Source: Candidatus Heimdallarchaeota archaeon (GTDB taxonomy: Archaea > Asgardarchaeota > Heimdallarchaeia > Heimdallarchaeales > Heimdallarchaeaceae). From it: a DNA stretch of 64,000 bases. Location: positions 64,001 through 128,000 of the forward strand of contig JAUVXV010000010.1 of NCBI GenBank assembly GCA_030603365.1, written 5' to 3'. The position numbers were made by a program, and so were the translations under genes. Shown here piece after piece: positions 58,939-64,000 of the stretch. The notes under the pieces are model-generated. The model searched no databases. It was not told where the DNA came from and was given only the letters and a program-made list of their open reading frames with translations. Positions within the stretch are counted from its first letter, which is position 1, and each line of letters starts with the position of its first letter.

Positions 58939-60573
58939 TTGAAAAGAATGGACATCCCTGTTGAGTTTGAAAACAAAATTGAAGAATTAACAATAGAAAA
59001 AAGAGATTATCAGTTAGCTGCTGTAAAAGAGATAATGGAAGCTTTACCCGATAACTCTATTCTGTTGAATTATCCTTATGGAACAGGAAAAACCATAGTT
59101 GCACTTTTATCTTTCTTAGCTGTAAAAATCCACAAACCTAATGCAAAATTCATTTTTACCTCCGCACGAGAAGCAGCAGGTCTACGCTGCCGTCAAGCAT
59201 TGGAAATGGGTAAGAAATTCGGATATATTGAGAATCTTGGTTATTTGTATGACCCAACTGGGAAGGGATTGAGTTTAAGACAGAAAAGTAAGATGTACGA
59301 AGCATCTACAGTAATATTTTCTCCCATTACTTCTCTGATGAACGACTATTTTGAAATTAAAACAAAACTCCGAATAAATATTCTTGAAAACATTGACATA
59401 TGTGTTATTGATGAAGCGACTGATATTTTAGCAAGAGATATGTCTGGTTTTCGTCAAAGTAAATATTTTGAAGGGTTGTTCAAATTAAGAGAAAAAGGCT
59501 ACAAATTCCCTATTTTAGGATTATCCGGAACAAGAGATAAACAAAGAGCTAGTGCAATACTTAGGCTATTAGGTAAGGATACTCTGATGATGCAAAGACT
59601 TGATTTATCTCCTTATGAGACTGTAACAAAGATTCATAAAATTAGGAGAGAAGATTACATTAAGATTGATCAACAGATTTCTACACAATTAACAAAACCA
59701 ATAGAAATAATACAAAAAGCTCTTGGTGAAAAACTTTCGCGTTTAGAAATAATAAAGATGTCATACAGTGGAGCTTTAGAAAAATTAGAAAGAATTAACC
59801 AATTTCCTGGAAAACTGGGGAAGTATCAAATAAAAGATGAGGAAACTAAAAGTGAACTTATACTTGCTTTTCGAAGATTATTCAAATTTAGTCATTCAAG
59901 ACTGCTCTTACTCGAATCTACACCCGGTGAATTTCTTAAATACATTGAAAAAGATGATAATAAGGATATTTTCAAGAGTATTATTGAACATAGTAAAGAA
60001 TTGATCACCTACAGAGTTGATCTTCCCAAATACGAAAATCCCGAAGAAAAAGTTACTCGAGCATTAGTACATCCTAAAGTCTATACTGCTATTGATATCA
60101 TCCATGAACATCTATTCAGAGGAGCAAAAGTACTCATATTTACCAGATATCTAGCTTTAGGAAATTATTTGCATAGACTTCTACACAATCTTGGTTTTCC
60201 TGAAGTTAAATATTTATCAGGTCAGAGTACGGAAGATAACAGAAGGATTACTCTAAAGAACTTCGATGAGGGAAATGTGAATGTGTTAATCTTCACACCT
60301 CTTGGTGGTAGAGGATTGAATCTGGAAGCAGCAGATGTTGTAATTCATTTAGATATTACAACAAACATAGATGACATGATTCAAAGAAGGGAAAGAGCGA
60401 GAGGGTGTATAGAATATGTTCTAGTTCTAGAGGAAACAAGTGAAGAAGGAAAAATAAAGGATTATAAGAAATTAATAGAAGAAGATGATGATGAAGAGGG
60501 AGAAAAACAAGATGGGGAAGAAGAACAACTAGAAGGAGAAGAAGAATCTTCTGAAAATGTGCAAGAATCATGA
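58939..60573 (+). CDS. Divergent Hef/FANCM-like SF2 helicase without a nuclease domain
   Basis: RDYQ, GTGKT, DEAT, GLSGT, HPK, KVLIFT, RGLNL and QRRERAR motifs; acidic tail. Confidence 0.8.
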   Translation: MKRMDIPVEFENKIEELTIEKRDYQLAAVKEIMEALPDNSILLNYPYGTGKTIVALLSFLAVKIHKPNAKFIFTSAREAAGLRCRQALEMGKKFGYIENLGYLYDPTGKGLSLRQKSKMYEASTVIFSPITSLMNDYFEIKTKLRINILENIDICVIDEATDILARDMSGFRQSKYFEGLFKLREKGYKFPILGLSGTRDKQRASAILRLLGKDTLMMQRLDLSPYETVTKIHKIRREDYIKIDQQISTQLTKPIEIIQKALGEKLSRLEIIKMSYSGALEKLERINQFPGKLGKYQIKDEETKSELILAFRRLFKFSHSRLLLLESTPGEFLKYIEKDDNKDIFKSIIEHSKELITYRVDLPKYENPEEKVTRALVHPKVYTAIDIIHEHLFRGAKVLIFTRYLALGNYLHRLLHNLGFPEVKYLSGQSTEDNRRITLKNFDEGNVNVLIFTPLGGRGLNLEAADVVIHLDITTNIDDMIQRRERARGCIEYVLVLEETSEEGKIKDYKKLIEEDDDEEGEKQDGEEEQLEGEEESSENVQES

Positions 60574-60590
60574 ATATCTATAAGAAGTGT

Positions 60591-60637
60591 AAAGGGAGGG
60601 AAGAAGAGAGAAGAGAACAATCTCCCTCCCTTTTTTT
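60591..60637 (+). terminator. Stem-loop plus T-tract between convergent genes
   Basis: 11-bp stem AAAGGGAGGGA/TCCCTCCCTTT running into a T tract. Confidence 0.6.
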
Positions 60638-60685
60638 GGTTTGCTTAAATACTAGACTCAGCGATTTCTCGCATAGTCAGCGTCA

Positions 60686-61621
60686 TTAAGTCAGTTCCTT
60701 TTCGAACAAAGCTGCACTGGGTTGACCATATTTGAAATTCAAAGCATCAAAGTGCTTCTTAAGTTTCAGTCGTCCTTTATATAACCAGACGAAGAAAAGA
60801 TCAATCTGTTCTTTTTTGCCTATTTCTTTAACTCTAGCTGCCAACTTATGCAAGTACTTTGTTTCAGTGACATAAGTAAATGGCAGATTAGCAGAAGATG
60901 GCTTAATATCATTTCGATAAATTAGAGTTGTTCCAACAATCTCACCATCTTTTTCGATTACTAAGTGAGCTATAACATTACCAGTTTCATTCTTTAATTC
61001 TTTAAGGATCTGCTTTTCTGTTTCTTCGGAAATCTCATCATATTCTCGAACAAGTGATAACCATTTTTCGAGATCTTTATCTTGGTCAAAGTCTCTGATA
61101 TCTGCTTCTTCATCGATTTCCTTTAAATCAACACCATTTAAGATGTATACAAGATTATCTTGATCTTTGATGTGTTTATACCCCCATTCCTGGGTTAACT
61201 CATAGTTGTTCCCAGAAATAGCAGAAACATAGGTTTCAACGACCTGCACTCCCTTATCTTTTAGAGTATCGAGAGCTCTACCCACAAGTAATTCTGTAAC
61301 CTCCTCATGACCAGGTAAGATAGAGGGGAAGACGAGACTAGCTCTCTTCCTTCCATCTTCTTTGGGCTCAATGACTTTCGAGGTTAGAAAACCAATCATC
61401 TCATTTCCTTTGAAACAATAATGTCTTGTCTCAGAATCGAAATTTGGTCTTGAGTAGATTTCCTTCAGTCTTTCAACGGGAGTTTGGTGAGCAAACTGCC
61501 AAGTTTGTGCTACCTGATAACCTACAGTAGCTTGCTCAACCTCGAAACCCTTCTGATAATTCTTGAGGGTAAACTCTTCCATATCTCGACTCGCTCTCAA
61601 ACATTTATAAGTATTTCTCAT
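60686..61621 (-). CDS. Tandem GNAT-like protein (probable start MEEFTL)
   Basis: Two GNAT-like halves (EMIGFL.. and GEIVGTT..); acetyl-CoA loop poorly conserved. Confidence 0.7.
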   Translation of the reverse strand: MRNTYKCLRASRDMEEFTLKNYQKGFEVEQATVGYQVAQTWQFAHQTPVERLKEIYSRPNFDSETRHYCFKGNEMIGFLTSKVIEPKEDGRKRASLVFPSILPGHEEVTELLVGRALDTLKDKGVQVVETYVSAISGNNYELTQEWGYKHIKDQDNLVYILNGVDLKEIDEEADIRDFDQDKDLEKWLSLVREYDEISEETEKQILKELKNETGNVIAHLVIEKDGEIVGTTLIYRNDIKPSSANLPFTYVTETKYLHKLAARVKEIGKKEQIDLFFVWLYKGRLKLKKHFDALNFKYGQPSAALFEKELT

Positions 61622-61898
61622 AACTTGAGAATGTCTTCCCTTATAAGAGAATAACTGTCTCTAATGTCGAGAACAAAATTAGAAAAACGCATTAAAAATC
61701 CGGCAGACGGGAGTTAAATTAAATTTGGAGCATTAGAAATGCGCTTGTTTGATAAAAATTGTTTTCGATTAACATTTTAATGGTGGGGTGTGGTGGCTCA
61801 AGGTCCTCCTGAGGAGATTGTTAAAGTAAAAGAATCATATATGTGTCGGTTTCTTAAGTCCTGCCTATAGTTTTTTATTATTTTTGATTCTTTTCGTA

Positions 61899-63449
61899 TT
61901 ATTTTCGTAATTTTCTTTTCAATCCAATGATAGTTACTACTGTTATGCTGAATAGTGACAATAAAAGTATCTTGAAAGTTGTTGATGAGAATTCAGGTAT
62001 CATAGGAACCCCTTGGGGATAAGGATCTTCATTATTTGCAGATCCATCAATAGGATAAGTAGTTGTACCAGTCCAATCCGTCCACCAGTTTCCCTCTAAT
62101 GTTATAATATCATAAAAAATATTATTCAAACCATTATCATATCCTTGTGAGGATCCACCTAAATTATTATCTGTAAAGTTATTGTGATGAAGGATGTTAT
62201 TTTGCGACAAATCATTTAAGTAAACACCATATTGGGCACAGCCTTCTATTTTATTATAGGTAATAATACATGTATCTGAAGTTTGTAAGTAGATTCCCCA
62301 CATATTGCTTTCAATACAGGTGTTGTTTTCTACATTGATGCCTGAACTAGACCACAGATATATTGACATTAATCCACTATAATGTATCGTATTGTTGTAA
62401 GCATCACAATTATCAGTAATATGAAGATGTATTCCTCTCAATCTGCTGTTATTACAGGTGTTGTTTGTTAATGTTGAACCAAAATTTTGTACCACTCCGA
62501 TACCAACATCATTACCATTACAGTGATTATTCTCAATGGTGCTATAATCTGAATATTCTAGATGAATACCTCTGTCTGTGTTATTGTTACAGGTGTTATT
62601 CATGATTATTGCATCGTCACAAAAATAAAGAAAGACACCTGTTGCAGCATTGGATAGATTCTGATTGTAAATAGCAGGTTTTTGGCAATAAATCAAAATT
62701 AATTGTCCATAAATTGGATCAGAGAAGGTTAGGTCATTAGTGTCAGTGAAATAACCTAGAATTTTTCCATTTATCCAGTTATTTACCATGCTAAAGTTAC
62801 GATAGTTTTCTATACTAACATCATACAACTTAACGCCATCATTGACCAAAACATTGTTTGTTAATGTTGAATTACTAGAATGCCACAGGTTTATACCTAT
62901 TTCAGAATTATCGCTTATTTTGTTATTTTCAAGTATAGCTCCTGGAGAATTGGAGAGATAAATACCATTCACATCACTATTAGTAACTGTTGAATTGAAT
63001 ATACTAACACTAGGAGAATATTTGATATACACCCCATCCCAGATGTTTCCATTGAGTGTAGTGTTAACAATGCTGGCTGTTCCTGAAGCAATAGAATCAA
63101 ACTCAATCCCATATCCTTCCGATTCTATGTAGCAAAAACTAATGATAAAATGTTTAGATGTACTTTTTACGAGAATACCCCTATTTGCTGTTGTTGTAAT
63201 ATTATAATTTGTAATAAGAAATGGGTCATTGGAAGATCCTGTACCAGAAAAACCATAGTCTGTAAAATTATCATCTGATATTATTCTTATGGCAACTTGT
63301 TCCTCAAAATTGATAATAGGTTCAAACCGGTTCGTATAATCAGAGCTCAAATAACTTGCATTTGAACTGTTATTCAAAGAAATTGCACTAAAGGACACTA
63401 ATAACAAGAAGAAAATAATTATTTTAGTAAAACCAAGACTTTTTGACAT
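61899..63449 (-). CDS. Secreted right-handed beta-helix (NosD/CASH-like) surface protein with a PEF-CTERM-like tail
   Basis: Signal peptide; GFSGTGS..DPF; PbH1 repeats; GNWWTDW; IPEF + TM + KRKLRK. Confidence 0.88.
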   Translation of the reverse strand: MSKSLGFTKIIIFFLLLVSFSAISLNNSSNASYLSSDYTNRFEPIINFEEQVAIRIISDDNFTDYGFSGTGSSNDPFLITNYNITTTANRGILVKSTSKHFIISFCYIESEGYGIEFDSIASGTASIVNTTLNGNIWDGVYIKYSPSVSIFNSTVTNSDVNGIYLSNSPGAILENNKISDNSEIGINLWHSSNSTLTNNVLVNDGVKLYDVSIENYRNFSMVNNWINGKILGYFTDTNDLTFSDPIYGQLILIYCQKPAIYNQNLSNAATGVFLYFCDDAIIMNNTCNNNTDRGIHLEYSDYSTIENNHCNGNDVGIGVVQNFGSTLTNNTCNNSRLRGIHLHITDNCDAYNNTIHYSGLMSIYLWSSSGINVENNTCIESNMWGIYLQTSDTCIITYNKIEGCAQYGVYLNDLSQNNILHHNNFTDNNLGGSSQGYDNGLNNIFYDIITLEGNWWTDWTGTTTYPIDGSANNEDPYPQGVPMIPEFSSTTFKILLLSLFSITVVTIIGLKRKLRK

Positions 63450-63595
63450 AAATCACCCTCAGTGAAATGAAGTCAATCTAACTATTTAAACATTATACAA
63501 ATGAGAGGATTATATTGATTGTATTCAATTATACTGGGAAAATTACGAAAATAATACGAAAAGAATCAAAAACAATAAAGGGAAAAAGAGGGAGT

Positions 63596-64000
63596 TTATG
63601 CTATTTCAAACATATTTCCTCTGTTGAACAAAGCGTGAGGATCTAGAACCTTCTTTACTTCTTTCATTTGATTTACGCCTTCTTCCCCATACATAACAAT
63701 GAGATATTCTGCTTTAATCTTTCCAATACCATGTTCAGCTGAAACAGAGCCACCAAACTCTACTGCTTTCTTTGCGAATTTCTTATAGAGTTTCTTACCA
63801 AGATTCAATTCTTCTATATTTCTTGGAAGAATATTTACATGGACATGAGAATCACCAATGTGCCCCCACATCACATATTCTAGATTGTGTTCTTTAAGTG
63901 TTGAATGGTAAATGTCCATTATTTCTCTGAAGTGTTCATGTTCAACAGACATATCTGTCCCAAGTTTGTGGATACCTGGATATTCATTCTTTCTTTTTGC
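63596..64000 (-). CDS. FAD-linked oxidase C-terminal domain (GlcD / D-lactate dehydrogenase-like), 5' part outside the window
   Basis: GHIGDSHVHVN, SAEHGIGK and LDP..LFNRG motifs; frame open to the window end. Confidence 0.9.
   Translation of the reverse strand, partial: AKRKNEYPGIHKLGTDMSVEHEHFREIMDIYHSTLKEHNLEYVMWGHIGDSHVHVNILPRNIEELNLGKKLYKKFAKKAVEFGGSVSAEHGIGKIKAEYLIVMYGEEGVNQMKEVKKVLDPHALFNRGNMFEIA

Noticed and set aside
60655-60690. Hairpin after the GNAT gene with ATGA/CTGA words (SECIS or C/D candidate)
   Set aside because: No in-frame TGA in adjacent genes, and spacing fits neither SECIS nor C/D geometry

Overview
AT-rich archaeal chromosomal window, most consistent with an Asgard archaeon (Heimdallarchaeia-like). 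The basis is archaeal core genes (thermosome, eS25, type 2 IPP isomerase, Rqc2, AIP-synthase-like transferase) together with eukaryote-signature-type proteins (Arf-like and Rab-like GTPases, a longin/uDENN-V4R fusion, an EMC6-like protein). No rRNA, tRNA, CRISPR array, transposase or integrase is recognisable. Main observations: (1) three stacked copies of the fhs 3' end (23704, 25562, 27985), diverged mostly at synonymous sites. Each carries a palindrome over the stop codon and faces a different C-terminally anchored surface-protein gene, which looks like an integrase-free cassette-accretion hotspot. (2) Two unannotated box C/D guide RNAs (2477-2554 minus, 30937-30994 plus). The second has guides complementary to 23S helix 69 and the adjacent 1940 region, predicting methylation of the A1913-equivalent, a site modified in eukaryotes. 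(3) A RadA paralogue with the PALGxxWxH signature of eukaryotic RAD51 paralogues. (4) A longin domain with an FLCN/SMCR8-type ARG arginine-finger motif fused to V4R and translationally coupled to a degenerate MfnF-like ASKHA protein. (5) An 88-aa orphan ending in a canonical PIP box. All calls come from motif recognition by eye; no searches were run.
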